Shown piece by piece: positions 20,096-29,498 of a DNA stretch of 64,000 nucleotides. The notes under the pieces are model-generated. The model was given only the letters and a program-made list of their open reading frames with translations, was not told the DNA's origin and searched no databases. How positions within the stretch are numbered: position 1 is the stretch's first letter; each line of letters opens with the position of its first letter. A program made the translations under genes and the position numbers. Source of the DNA: Calditrichia bacterium (lineage in GTDB: Bacteria; Calditrichota; Calditrichia; RBG-13-44-9; J075); the NCBI GenBank assembly GCA_050633245.1, contig JBOEGD010000011.1, forward strand, positions 528,852 to 592,851, given 5' to 3'.

Positions 20096-21946
20096 ATGAA
20101 AAGTCTTGGATTTAAAATCGGTCTCGGTTACGCGATAATCATTGCCATTAATCTGGTTCTGGCGATCTTCGCTGTCTACTATATCAACCAGCTGGGCAGC
20201 CCGGTCGATACAATCTTACGCGAAAACTATCGCAACGTAAACGCGCCCAGCAATATGCGTGAAGCATTAAAGAAACAGGAGCTGGCACAATATGATATGG
20301 TTGAGAGTGGTTTCGATTCCTCAGGCATCGAGCGTTTTATCACTTTCCAAAATGAATTTCACAACTGGCACCAACGAGCAATCGAAGCAATTGCATTGCC
20401 GCGTGAGCCCGCATTGCTGGACAGTATTAAGAATGTATATGCTCTCTATTTGATTAAGTCGAGATTATTGCAACAGAAGCTTCAAGAAAGCGAGCCGCCA
20501 TCGGCAATAATATTATTGCAGGAAGACTCCATATTTCCGCTGGTGACTCGCATCGAGCAATTGTGTAATAATCTGCAGAGGGTAAACGAGCAGGCCATCG
20601 AGCAGGCAGATACGCGATCTGATCAAATATCCAATCGTGCAACAACCTTCATTATCTCCGTCGCTCTCTTTGCCATCGTCGCAAGTATTTTAATCAGTAT
20701 GCAGTTCATGCAGTCTATTCTCAAACCTATTCGGGAAACAACCGAAACTGTTCGACAAATTGGACAGGGCAACCTGAACACGAAAGTCGCAATTTCAACT
20801 AATGATGAAATCGGTGAACTGGGACGTGAATTCAATAAAATGACCGAGCGGCTTGAAACATATGAACGGATGAATATCAATCGCGTTCTTCTGGAGAAGA
20901 AAAAGTCTGAAGCAATTGTCTCTGAAATCCCGGTAGCTATTTTCGTAACGGACGAACACAATCAGCTATCGCACATGAATTTACGCGCGCAGCAGCTATT
21001 GGAAATAGAAGGCAATTGGCAGGGCAAGCAGATAGGACAGATAATAAATGAACCTGCCTTGCTCGATCTATTGAAAAAACATGACTCATCTCTTCAAGCA
21101 CAGGGTAACAAACAGCTGGTGACACTGCAAAGAGAGCCGGAAGAGCTCCACCTCTGGCTACGCAGAATCCAAATTGATGACCCTGAAACCAGCAGCTTAA
21201 TTGGAACCGTTACCCTGCTGCAGGATGTGACCAGCTTTAAGAACCTGGACCGTTTAAAATCTGAGTTTATGGCAGTCATCTCACATGAAATCCGCACACC
21301 GCTTACGTCGATTCACCTGGCTCTGGACATCCTACTTCGTGAGGTAAAGGGTGCAATAAATAATGCGCAACAAGAGCTCCTATCTGATGCGCGTAGCGAT
21401 TCGGAGCGTTTAAAAACACTTGTAAAAGATCTGCTGGATCTCTCCAAACTCGAAAGTGGCAGTCTTGGTATGTCATTTGAGCAAACAGACATGTCTGAGT
21501 TTATTGAGCAAGCAGTGCTCCCACTCAGGTTCGTTTTAGAACAACGTAAAATCTCCCTTAACATAATGATCGGAAAGCACCTGCTTCCAATGAGCGTCGA
21601 CCGACATCATCTGGCACGTGCATTGCTAAATTTAGTAGAAAATGCCATTGAACATTCACCAAACGATTCCAGTATCGGGGTTACCGTTACTCAGACAGAC
21701 GAAACCGGCGTTTTTCAAATCAATGATAGCGGAGCTGGCATCCCCGAAGAAGCCGTCGATTTAATATTTGACAAATTTATTCAAGTGAAGAGCTTTGGAG
21801 ATAGCGAGACAGGCAATATCGGTCTCGGACTTGCAATAGCACGCGAGGTTATTAGAGCACATGCAGGAAGTATATGGGTAACAAGCGAATTGGGAGAAGG
21901 AAGTCGCTTCTTTTTTGAAATCCCTATTCAACAGGTAGACAATTAA
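20096..21946 (+). CDS. Sensor histidine kinase (periplasmic-HAMP-PAS-HisKA-HATPase), KinB-like
   Basis: Two TMs; HAMP NDEIGELGREFNKM; H-box SHEIRTPLT; N-box NLVENAI; G boxes DSGAGI and GLGLAI. Confidence 0.92.
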   Translation: MKSLGFKIGLGYAIIIAINLVLAIFAVYYINQLGSPVDTILRENYRNVNAPSNMREALKKQELAQYDMVESGFDSSGIERFITFQNEFHNWHQRAIEAIALPREPALLDSIKNVYALYLIKSRLLQQKLQESEPPSAIILLQEDSIFPLVTRIEQLCNNLQRVNEQAIEQADTRSDQISNRATTFIISVALFAIVASILISMQFMQSILKPIRETTETVRQIGQGNLNTKVAISTNDEIGELGREFNKMTERLETYERMNINRVLLEKKKSEAIVSEIPVAIFVTDEHNQLSHMNLRAQQLLEIEGNWQGKQIGQIINEPALLDLLKKHDSSLQAQGNKQLVTLQREPEELHLWLRRIQIDDPETSSLIGTVTLLQDVTSFKNLDRLKSEFMAVISHEIRTPLTSIHLALDILLREVKGAINNAQQELLSDARSDSERLKTLVKDLLDLSKLESGSLGMSFEQTDMSEFIEQAVLPLRFVLEQRKISLNIMIGKHLLPMSVDRHHLARALLNLVENAIEHSPNDSSIGVTVTQTDETGVFQINDSGAGIPEEAVDLIFDKFIQVKSFGDSETGNIGLGLAIAREVIRAHAGSIWVTSELGEGSRFFFEIPIQQVDN

Positions 21947-21959
21947 ATCGGGATATTGA

Positions 21960-23291
21960 ATGATCTCTGAAACAGTTACAGTGCATAGTGCATCGGTTTT
22001 GCTCGTAGATGACGAACCGACAATTCTAAAGACAGTCTGCATCTGCCTGGAAGACATGGGGCTAAAAGTAACAAAAACCACGAACCCCTCTGAAGCGGTG
22101 GAGCTCGCTGGCGCTAAAAGGTTTGACATTGCATTTGTAGATCTGAAAATGAAGCCACTAAACGGGCTTCAGGTGTTGCAAAAACTAAGCGACATCTCTC
22201 CGAATACACTGGTTGTTATTATTACTGCTCATGGAGACATCTCCAGCGCCATAGCTGCAATAAAACAAGGTGCGCACGATTACCTTCAGAAGCCGTTTGA
22301 CTTCGATGAACTACAGGCATTTACCAGCAGCCTACTCGAATATCATCGCTTTCAGCAGGACAGCTCAGATGAGAGCATGGATACCAGCGAAGGTTTTCCA
22401 GGCTTTATCACATGCAACGCACCAACAGAACAGACTCTGCGACTGGCGAGGCGTGTTGCCAAAACCGATTTAAGCGTTTTGATTGAAGGAGAAAGCGGTA
22501 CGGGAAAAGAAGTTATTGCACAGCTGATTCACAAGCAGAGCTCACGCGCAGAGCAACCGTTTGTTGCAGTAAACTGTGCTGCACTTTCTGAATCATTGCT
22601 TGAAAGCGAGCTTTTTGGTCACACCAAGGGCAGTTTTACCGGGGCAATAAAGGATCGAGTCGGACGCTTTGAGAGTGCAAACAAAGGGACAATCTTTCTG
22701 GATGAGATTGGTGAGCTCTCCCCTGCTCTTCAAGCCAAGCTTCTACGTGTTTTACAAGAGAGTGAAATCGAGCGCGTTGGCAGCAATAAAACAATAAAAA
22801 TTGATGTTCGCATTCTCTCGGCAACCCATGTACATCTGGAATCAGCCATCGCCGAAAAAAGATTTCGCGAGGATCTGTTCTATCGACTGAATACCGTGCG
22901 CCTGAGTCTGCCACCGCTTCGTGAACGTCGGGAAGACATTCCGCTTTTAATCAGGCATTTTCTAAAGAATGAGACGAGCAGGCCTAATTTCTCGCAGGAA
23001 GCCTTGCAATTACTTTGCAAACATAGCTGGCCGGGCAACGTAAGAGAACTAGAGAATATTGTTATGCGCCTTTCGGCTCTTCATCCGAATTCAAAAATTC
23101 GTGCGGCCGATATTCCGGCAGACTTACATATCATTAATTCAGATGCAGGAAGGCTGCTTTCTTTGGAAGAGACTGAAAAGTTGCATATTAAGAACGTCTT
23201 AAGTTCAGCATCAGACCTGGCAGATGCCGCCCGCATTTTAGGTATTGATCCGGCCACGCTGTGGCGCAAGCGGAAAAAATACAACCTTTAA
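21960..23291 (+). CDS. Sigma54-dependent response regulator (REC-AAA+-Fis HTH), AlgB-like
   Basis: LLVDDE, DLKM, GESGTGKE, ELFGHTKGSFTGA, FLDEIGE, WPGNVREL, GIDPATLWRKRKKY. Confidence 0.93.
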   Translation: MISETVTVHSASVLLVDDEPTILKTVCICLEDMGLKVTKTTNPSEAVELAGAKRFDIAFVDLKMKPLNGLQVLQKLSDISPNTLVVIITAHGDISSAIAAIKQGAHDYLQKPFDFDELQAFTSSLLEYHRFQQDSSDESMDTSEGFPGFITCNAPTEQTLRLARRVAKTDLSVLIEGESGTGKEVIAQLIHKQSSRAEQPFVAVNCAALSESLLESELFGHTKGSFTGAIKDRVGRFESANKGTIFLDEIGELSPALQAKLLRVLQESEIERVGSNKTIKIDVRILSATHVHLESAIAEKRFREDLFYRLNTVRLSLPPLRERREDIPLLIRHFLKNETSRPNFSQEALQLLCKHSWPGNVRELENIVMRLSALHPNSKIRAADIPADLHIINSDAGRLLSLEETEKLHIKNVLSSASDLADAARILGIDPATLWRKRKKYNL

Positions 23292-23294
23292 TCG

Positions 23295-23384
23295 TGCATT
23301 TTGCAAGACAGCTTTAACTATATAATCTGCTTGGTTTAACTCTCCCTTTTATCTCTCAATTAAAATTTGTACTGCATTTTGCAA
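23295..23384. promoter_or_regulatory. Two identical TGCATTTTGCAA sites (candidate enhancer/UAS)
   Basis: Exact 12-mer at 23295-23306 and 23373-23384, 78 bp apart, upstream of a sigma54-like promoter. Confidence 0.6.
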
Positions 23385-23465
23385 TAACAACTACAGCTTC
23401 GCACCTCCCCAGCGAAAAGCCTTAAACTATTGTTTTTAAACAACTAAAGAACAGCACAAGGATTA

Positions 23466-23481
23466 TGGCATCCTTCTTGAA
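23466..23481 (+). promoter_or_regulatory. Candidate sigma54 promoter for the exbB operon
   Basis: TGGCATCCTTCTTGAA (GG-N10-GA); IHF-like TAAACTATTGTTT at 23423-23435; RBS GGAGG at 23501. Confidence 0.55.
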
Positions 23482-23512
23482 TTACTTCCGGCAAACAAAT
23501 GGAGGTAACAAG

Positions 23513-24115
23513 GTGGTTGAACTTTATCTAATGGGCGGTGCTTTTATGCACCCCATCCTGCTGCTGTTAATCATGGGGATTGCCCTGGGCATTTTTAAGC
23601 TCTTGCAATTGCTGATTGTCCGAGGCAAATCCAGAACTCTTTTGAATGGAATTGGAACAGTTCTTAAGAAAGACACTCTTGATGCAGCACTTGGCAAGTG
23701 TGAAAAGACACCCGGACCGATAGCATCCGTTCTGCATGCAGGTTTAATCCGCTATCAAAAAGGTGGCGCCGGCATGTCCAGCACGATGAGTGCAGTTGGC
23801 GACATAGAATACTCCTTCCTGGAGCGAGGCCTTTCCTGGCTAAATTTCATTATCGTGGTTGCCCCATTATTGGGCTTTACAGGAACGGTTTGGGGAATGG
23901 TCGTAGCCTTCGAGCAAATCAGCTTAGTCGATGATGTGAGTCCGGCGATTGTCGCTGGCGGCATATCTCAGGCCCTACTAACAACGCTTTTCGGGTTACT
24001 TGTTGCAATGATCGTTCATTTTTTTCACAACCTCACCTCGGCAAAGCTGGATAAAATTCTTACCGATATGGAGGAAGCTGCTCTTTCGTTAATGGAAAGA
24101 CTTGATGCGTACTAA
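23513..24115 (+). CDS. exbB: MotA/TolQ/ExbB proton channel protein
   Basis: APLLGFTGTVWGM..AF and VAGGISQALLTTLFGL; GTG start after GGAGG. Confidence 0.9.
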   Translation: MVELYLMGGAFMHPILLLLIMGIALGIFKLLQLLIVRGKSRTLLNGIGTVLKKDTLDAALGKCEKTPGPIASVLHAGLIRYQKGGAGMSSTMSAVGDIEYSFLERGLSWLNFIIVVAPLLGFTGTVWGMVVAFEQISLVDDVSPAIVAGGISQALLTTLFGLLVAMIVHFFHNLTSAKLDKILTDMEEAALSLMERLDAY

Positions 24116-24135
24116 TTCAGAACTCAGAGGTTTCT

Positions 24136-24539
24136 ATGGCACGAACTAAAAGACACAGGCGAGGCAGAGTTGAGATTCCATCCTCATCGTTGGCAGACAT
24201 CGCTTTTTTGCTGCTCATATTTTTTCTGGTCTGCACAACAATTAACACTGAAAGCGGATTACAGATGATCTTACCGGGAATGAATGAAGTCCCGTTCGCC
24301 CCAAGAACATTTGCAATATTCTGGTCAACGCAAAAGGTGATGTAATGTTCAAGGGCAAACCAGCTGATTCAAGATCACTTATTACGCTTGCACAGGAAGA
24401 ACAGGCAACGAACGACAACGTTATTTTTTCGGTCAAAACTTCTCGTGGCACTCCCTACCAAATCTACATCGACGTTGTGGACGCGCTAAAAGAAGCGCGG
24501 GCAAAACGAATATCGATTGCCGATCCAGATGACATCTAA
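24136..24539 (+). pseudogene. exbD: ExbD/TolR protein split by a single-base frameshift near 24293 (or a sequencing error)
   Basis: SSLADIAFLLLIFFLVCTT in the first frame; adding one base restores ...VRPKNICNILVNAKGDVMFKG...TPYQIYIDVVDALKEA. Confidence 0.82.
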
Positions 24540-24540
24540 A

Positions 24541-24609
24541 GAATCGGGAATCGGGAATCGGGAATCGGGAATCGGGAATCGGGAATCGGGAATCGGGAAT
24601 CGGGAATCG
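24541..24609 (+). repeat. Perfect heptamer tandem repeat (GAATCGG) x about 10
   Basis: Directly visible immediately after the exbD stop codon. Confidence 0.97.
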
Positions 24610-24706
24610 AAAAATAACAGGCGGCAGCGTAAAGACGGCAATTTTTCACCTGCCCCTTCACTTCTGACTTCTGTAGTTACACCTATAGTTAACCAATGGA
24701 GGTAAT

Positions 24707-25039
24707 ATGCAAACTAACAATCTGAAGACAAGGCTTATCATTCTATTATCCCTGCTCTTGCTCGTTATTCTGACAAGTGTAGAATTCGCCATGAAGACTA
24801 CAAACGACTCGGTGCTGGTAGAGATTACAGTATGCAAAAATGGCGATATTCTTTATGACACTACACCGGTAGAATTAAAAGAGCTGGAAGGGCTGATTAA
24901 AGCAGATCTAATTAAAATACCTGATATCATTTTTCATGTCAAGCGCTGGAAAGAGACCCCACAGGGAACATTTTTAGGCGTGCTAGACCAATTAAAGCTG
25001 GCAGGGGCAAAAAAAATTAGCGTGAGCAAAAAGCTTTGA
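24707..25039 (+). CDS. ExbD periplasmic-domain protein lacking the conserved TM Asp motif
   Basis: GGAGG RBS; C-terminal ETPQGTFLGVLDQLKLAGAKKIS; N-terminal hydrophobic stretch without the DxxFLLLIFF motif. Confidence 0.72.
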   Translation: MQTNNLKTRLIILLSLLLLVILTSVEFAMKTTNDSVLVEITVCKNGDILYDTTPVELKELEGLIKADLIKIPDIIFHVKRWKETPQGTFLGVLDQLKLAGAKKISVSKKL

Positions 25040-25123
25040 AAGGCAGTAGGCAGCAGATGAAGCGATGCTTCGCACCTCTAGGCTATTTAGTGAGAAACGA
25101 CAGAGTCAGTGAGATTATTACTG

Positions 25124-25165
<42 letters not shown>

Positions 25166-25211
25166 TAGTTAAATCATAATTCATCAATCACCAATCATCA
25201 CTGGAGAGCTC

Positions 25212-25853
25212 ATGTCACGATATGCAGCAGTACACAAAAATCCCGAAGCAGATATGGACAAGAAATCGAAACGCTGGATTGAGTGGTGTTTATTACTCGC
25301 CCTTAGTTTTGCAACATCGTTGTTTTTTGCATTTCAAAAATTTGAAAACGAAGTGACTATCGTTAAGAAAATTGATGCCCCTATCGATATCACCCATATT
25401 CCCCCGACAACGCAATATCAACCACCTCCACAGCCACCGAAACCCGTCTATGAACCAATCGCCTCGGATGACGATGATTTCCCGGAAGACATACCACTGG
25501 AATTCGACAACACAGACGCGAACATGTTCACAGAGGAATTACCGCCTCCACCGGAAGAGGAAGATCCCATTGTTCCGTTTCATGCATTGTCTAAACAGCC
25601 AAAGGAAATTCATCGTGTTAATCCTGTCTACCCGGAGCTGGCAAGAAAGGCAGAAATTGAAGGAACTGTTGTAATAAAGGTTCTGGTAAATACAAAAGGA
25701 GAGGTTGAAGAGGCTCTGATTTTAAAATCCATTACGCTATTGGACAAGGCCGCACTCGATGCAGCAAAACAATTCCGTTTTTCGCCGGGCAAGCAGCGCA
25801 ATCGTCTGGTAAAGGTCTGGGTCTCTATCCCATTTAACTTCAAAATTCGATAA
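25212..25853 (+). CDS. tonB: Energy transducer TonB
   Basis: N-terminal TM, Pro-rich linker, YPELARKAEIEGTV, FSPGKQR...V.VSIPFNF. Confidence 0.9.
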   Translation: MSRYAAVHKNPEADMDKKSKRWIEWCLLLALSFATSLFFAFQKFENEVTIVKKIDAPIDITHIPPTTQYQPPPQPPKPVYEPIASDDDDFPEDIPLEFDNTDANMFTEELPPPPEEEDPIVPFHALSKQPKEIHRVNPVYPELARKAEIEGTVVIKVLVNTKGEVEEALILKSITLLDKAALDAAKQFRFSPGKQRNRLVKVWVSIPFNFKIR

Positions 25854-25864
25854 TGATTTTGCTG

Positions 25865-26163
25865 ATGAAAAAATACTATTCTGTCCGCTTCTCATCAATA
25901 GTTCTAAACCGCAGGAAATTCATCGCGTAACGCCTGTTTATCCTGAGGAAGCAAAGAAGGCGGGTATCAGCGGAGTTGTCGTGGTTAAGGCTCTGATAGA
26001 TTTGGAAGGGAATGTTGAAAAGACAGATATAATGAAATCTGTTGCGGGTCTGGACAAAGCTGCAGCAAATGCAGCAAAACAGTTTAAGTTTATTCCGGCA
26101 GAACATAATGGAAAACCCATAAAAAGCCGGGTATGCATACCCTTCAATTTTAAGCTAAAGTAG
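25865..26163 (+). pseudogene. Second TonB C-terminal domain, frameshifted near its 5' end
   Basis: Open frame encodes KPQEIHRVTPVYPEEAKKAGISGVV...IPFNFKLK; ATG 25865 followed by an A6 run needs one extra A to give MKKILF... Confidence 0.72.
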
Positions 26164-26218
26164 CTTGGGAGGTATCCCGGAGGTGATTCGCAGGGGAATT
26201 GCCTTCGGGAAAGCCGGT

Positions 26219-26770
26219 CTAAACCGGCACGTCCTGTAAAAGGTTCAACAATTTTTGCGTGCTACGCCAATTGCGGGATGTCGCCTGAACCTTTAGTTTC
26301 GACTCAAAGAAGTTGTTGGACAGCTTGGTACGCCCGTAACCGGACGGGCAACTTAAGTAGATTGTTTTACCCACCACTTTAATCGTTCCATTATCTCCAT
26401 CAGGAACGGCCAATGCAGCGAGCTTTTCTTTTTCCGGCATCCGCCCCAGCAAGGTTACATATTTCATCTTCTCTTCGACAGGATCCACATTCATCAGCGG
26501 ATGTTCCGTCGCAATTGACCGCCACTCAGGAAGCGTGAAGGTTTGAACAGGAACATCAAATCCATACGATTTCTTAATTGCGGCACTGATCTCAGCGGCA
26601 ATCGTTTTTTCTCGGCTCTCTTCACAGGCAAATACGACATTTCCACTTTGGATATAGGTTTTTACGCTTTCTAAGCCAAGTGACTCATAAAGTACTTTCA
26701 AATCTGCCATCTTAATAATCTTCTGTCCACTAACATTTACGCCTCTCAACAAAGACAATATTGCAATCAT
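26219..26770 (-). CDS. DUF1697 domain protein
   Basis: LLRGVNVSG...MADL...VKTYIQSGNVVF...ATSRNW. Confidence 0.88.
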   Translation of the reverse strand: MIAILSLLRGVNVSGQKIIKMADLKVLYESLGLESVKTYIQSGNVVFACEESREKTIAAEISAAIKKSYGFDVPVQTFTLPEWRSIATEHPLMNVDPVEEKMKYVTLLGRMPEKEKLAALAVPDGDNGTIKVVGKTIYLSCPSGYGRTKLSNNFFESKLKVQATSRNWRSTQKLLNLLQDVPV

Positions 26771-26794
26771 GTCAACACTCCCCTATTGCCTGAT

Positions 26795-27220
26795 TTATTT
26801 AGGCAGATCGTCAATTAATTTTGAGATATCGAGCGCAGCGATGGTGTTTTGCGTTTGCTCTGCGGCTTGCACAAGCGTCAGCTTATCTGCGAGCGCCTCC
26901 TGATAAATTTCAATAACGGCTTTCAAACAGGCCGATTTTACCGTTGCGGCTACCCGCAGGTCACGCGAATCTTCAATGCTTTGCTTTGCGACCTTCGGCT
27001 CACTTGATTTTTGCTCATTTTCCGGGCTCTCCAGGCCGCTATCACAATCGCGACAATCGACAATTTCGCCCATTTTATCATAGCGCGATTCACTGGAATA
27101 AATCCAGTTCATATTACTCCACGGTGGATCGTGCCGCATATGGCGCGAATGACCGCAATCCAGATCGACAATCCAATCCCCAGCTTCATCCTTGTGAAAA
27201 CGAACTATTTTTCTTTCCAT
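26795..27220 (-). CDS. DUF3565 domain protein
   Basis: FHKDEAGDWIVDLDCGHSRHMRHDPPW...DCRDCD. Confidence 0.8.
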   Translation of the reverse strand: MERKIVRFHKDEAGDWIVDLDCGHSRHMRHDPPWSNMNWIYSSESRYDKMGEIVDCRDCDSGLESPENEQKSSEPKVAKQSIEDSRDLRVAATVKSACLKAVIEIYQEALADKLTLVQAAEQTQNTIAALDISKLIDDLPK

Positions 27221-27373
27221 ACCGCTCCCCTTCTTATAGAACGTGCATCGGTCAAAAATCGCCCTACAAATTCCCTACAGATTCTTTTCGTATTAAAGAA
27301 TCTAAAATAAGCTCATGTCCAATTGTATAAAACAATTTTTCTTCTTGATTTTATTTGAAACCATTCATAAAAT

Positions 27374-27400
27374 CAAACGTTTGTTTCAAACAAGTGTTTC
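27374..27400. promoter_or_regulatory. Tandem PsrA-type TetR operator sites (CAAAC-N4-GTTTC x2)
   Basis: CAAACGTTTGTTTC and CAAACAAGTGTTTC immediately upstream of the TetR gene RBS. Confidence 0.65.
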
Positions 27401-27413
27401 AACCGAGGAAAAC

Positions 27414-28067
27414 ATGACTGAATCGACGAGAGAAAAATTACTTCAGGTTGCAGAAAAGCTTATTGCACAAAATGGCATCGGCAAAACCTCCCTTCGGCAA
27501 ATTGTGAAAGAAGCTGGTGCCAATATAGCAGCTGTAAACTATCACTTCGGCAGCAAAGACGACCTGATGGTGGCTGTGTATGAACAGCACTTCACACCGG
27601 TTAACAATGAACGAATCCGGCGCCTGGATCTTCTGGAAGATGATTCAGATGGCCAGCCCGTAGCTCTGGAAAAGCTGCTGGATGCCTTTATGATGCCGGT
27701 GTTTGAAGGAAAGCTCAAAGACCCCACCGAACGTGCACACAACCTTCAACTTTTCTCACGTATCCACACCGAGACTCCGGAACTTCGCATGAAAATCCTT
27801 AACTCGTTCTCGGATGTATTAATGCGCTTCGTTGAAGCGTTTCAAAAAACGCTCCCTGAACACACTGTTTCAGAAATCTTTTTGCGAATGAAGTGCAGTA
27901 TGGGAATTCTTATGACGCTTGCAATGGAGCTCCCTGAACTCTCCAGGCTTGCAAATTCGGACGAACATAAGCTGGACTCAGAGCAACTACCAGCCACACT
28001 AATTTCTTTTGCTGCTGCAGGCTTCCGTGCTAAAGCCGCCCCAAAACCAAATCAAGGAGACACTTAA
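27414..28067 (+). CDS. TetR/AcrR family regulator (PsrA-like)
   Basis: TREKLLQVAEKL...TSLRQI...ANIAAVNYHFGSK; start at ATG 27414 after GAGG. Confidence 0.9.
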   Translation: MTESTREKLLQVAEKLIAQNGIGKTSLRQIVKEAGANIAAVNYHFGSKDDLMVAVYEQHFTPVNNERIRRLDLLEDDSDGQPVALEKLLDAFMMPVFEGKLKDPTERAHNLQLFSRIHTETPELRMKILNSFSDVLMRFVEAFQKTLPEHTVSEIFLRMKCSMGILMTLAMELPELSRLANSDEHKLDSEQLPATLISFAAAGFRAKAAPKPNQGDT

Positions 28068-29485
28068 TGAGATGGCTTTTCCTATGGGTCGTCGTAATCT
28101 TGTTTACTTCAGGTTGCGCGTCCAACAAACCATCTGAAGAGGCTATAGACAAGCTGCTTATTCCACCAACCTGGACCAGCCAACAACTCTCTGAGTCTGA
28201 CATTAACTGGTGGAACGAGTTTCAAAGCAGCAGTCTGGACAGCCTGTTAAGCGAGGCTTTCAGGAACAATTACGATCTTCAGATTGCCGCCGCAAATCTA
28301 AAAGCTGCGGCTGCCCAGGCAACCATACAGGGCGCTGATCTATTCCCGCATATAAGCGCCGGTGGTTCAGCAACAAGACGAAAGCAAAACTTTATCGGTT
28401 TCCCGATTCCCGGAGCGCCGGATGGAAGCGTCGCAACAAACCTCACCAATACATTTGGCGTCAATCTGTCCGCGTCATGGGAAATCGACCTGTGGGGTAG
28501 ACTTTGGAAACAGCGCAGTGCAGGTACCGCATCCTTCCAGGCTGCGGAGGCAGATTATCGGGGCGCCCAGCTCTCACTAATGGCTCAGGTTTGCAAAAGC
28601 TGGTTTGCAACGGTTGAAGCGAAGCGTCAAGTGGGTCTGGCTCTGGCGAGCAAAGAAGCGTTCAACAACTCATATTTGCGTACAAAACAACGCTATGAAG
28701 CAGGTTTAATATCCTCTCTGGATTTACGCCGATCAATGTCTAACCTGGCGCTGGCAGAGGCAACGCTAAATCAACGTCGCGCGCAATATGACATTATGGT
28801 AAGACAACTGGAGACCCTGTTAGGACGCTATCCTGCGGCCATACTAAAAACAGCAGCCTCCCTACCCCGCTTAGAACACTCAGTTCCTTCGGGATTACCT
28901 GCAGATCTAGTCACGCGAAGACCCGATCTACAAGCCGCAGAGCAGCGCCTCTTGGCTGCTAAGGCAACCACCAGCAGTGCAAAGCGCGCCTTGCTTCCCA
29001 GAATCAGTCTTACGGGCAGCACCGGGACATCAACCGATGAGTTAAAAAACCTTCTAAAAGGTGATTTCAGCGTTTGGAGTCTGGCCGGAAATATTTTGCA
29101 ACCAATTTTTCAAGGCGGACGTCTGCGAGCGAATGTAAAACTCGCCGGAAGTCGGGAAGCGGCACAACAAGCTACATACTTACGTGCTGCCTTAACCGCA
29201 TTTGCCGAGGTAGAATCGGCACTGGCAAACGAAGGCTTTTTACGTGAGCGTGAAGCAGCACTCCTCGAGGCTACAGAACAAGCAATTGCCGCCAGTGAAC
29301 TTGCAGAAACCCAATACTCCCGCGGAGTTATTGACTATCTAAGCTTACTCGATACCCAGCGTTCTGCATATGATACGGAAAGCAGGCTGATCAGTGTTCG
29401 TCGCGAACGTCTGAATGCTCGCATAGATTTACACGTCGCGCTTGGCGGTGGATTTGAAAATGAATTTAAGACCCAAAACCAATAG
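28067..29485 (+). CDS. RND efflux outer-membrane lipoprotein (NodT/OprM family)
   Basis: Lipobox TSGC; SWEIDLWG, PADLVTRRPD, ALGGG. Confidence 0.92.
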   Translation: MRWLFLWVVVILFTSGCASNKPSEEAIDKLLIPPTWTSQQLSESDINWWNEFQSSSLDSLLSEAFRNNYDLQIAAANLKAAAAQATIQGADLFPHISAGGSATRRKQNFIGFPIPGAPDGSVATNLTNTFGVNLSASWEIDLWGRLWKQRSAGTASFQAAEADYRGAQLSLMAQVCKSWFATVEAKRQVGLALASKEAFNNSYLRTKQRYEAGLISSLDLRRSMSNLALAEATLNQRRAQYDIMVRQLETLLGRYPAAILKTAASLPRLEHSVPSGLPADLVTRRPDLQAAEQRLLAAKATTSSAKRALLPRISLTGSTGTSTDELKNLLKGDFSVWSLAGNILQPIFQGGRLRANVKLAGSREAAQQATYLRAALTAFAEVESALANEGFLREREAALLEATEQAIAASELAETQYSRGVIDYLSLLDTQRSAYDTESRLISVRRERLNARIDLHVALGGGFENEFKTQNQ

Positions 29486-29498
29486 AGTCGGAGAGATC

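Noticed and set aside
23465-23512. ORF-track ATG start for exbB
   Set aside because: Lies within the sigma54-like promoter; the GGAGG RBS points to GTG 23513
24541-24609. Possible CRISPR array
   Set aside because: 7-bp units with no spacers and no cas genes
24517-24705. ORF with GIGNRES repeats
   Set aside because: It is just the translation of the heptamer DNA repeat; it overlaps the exbD end and has no RBS
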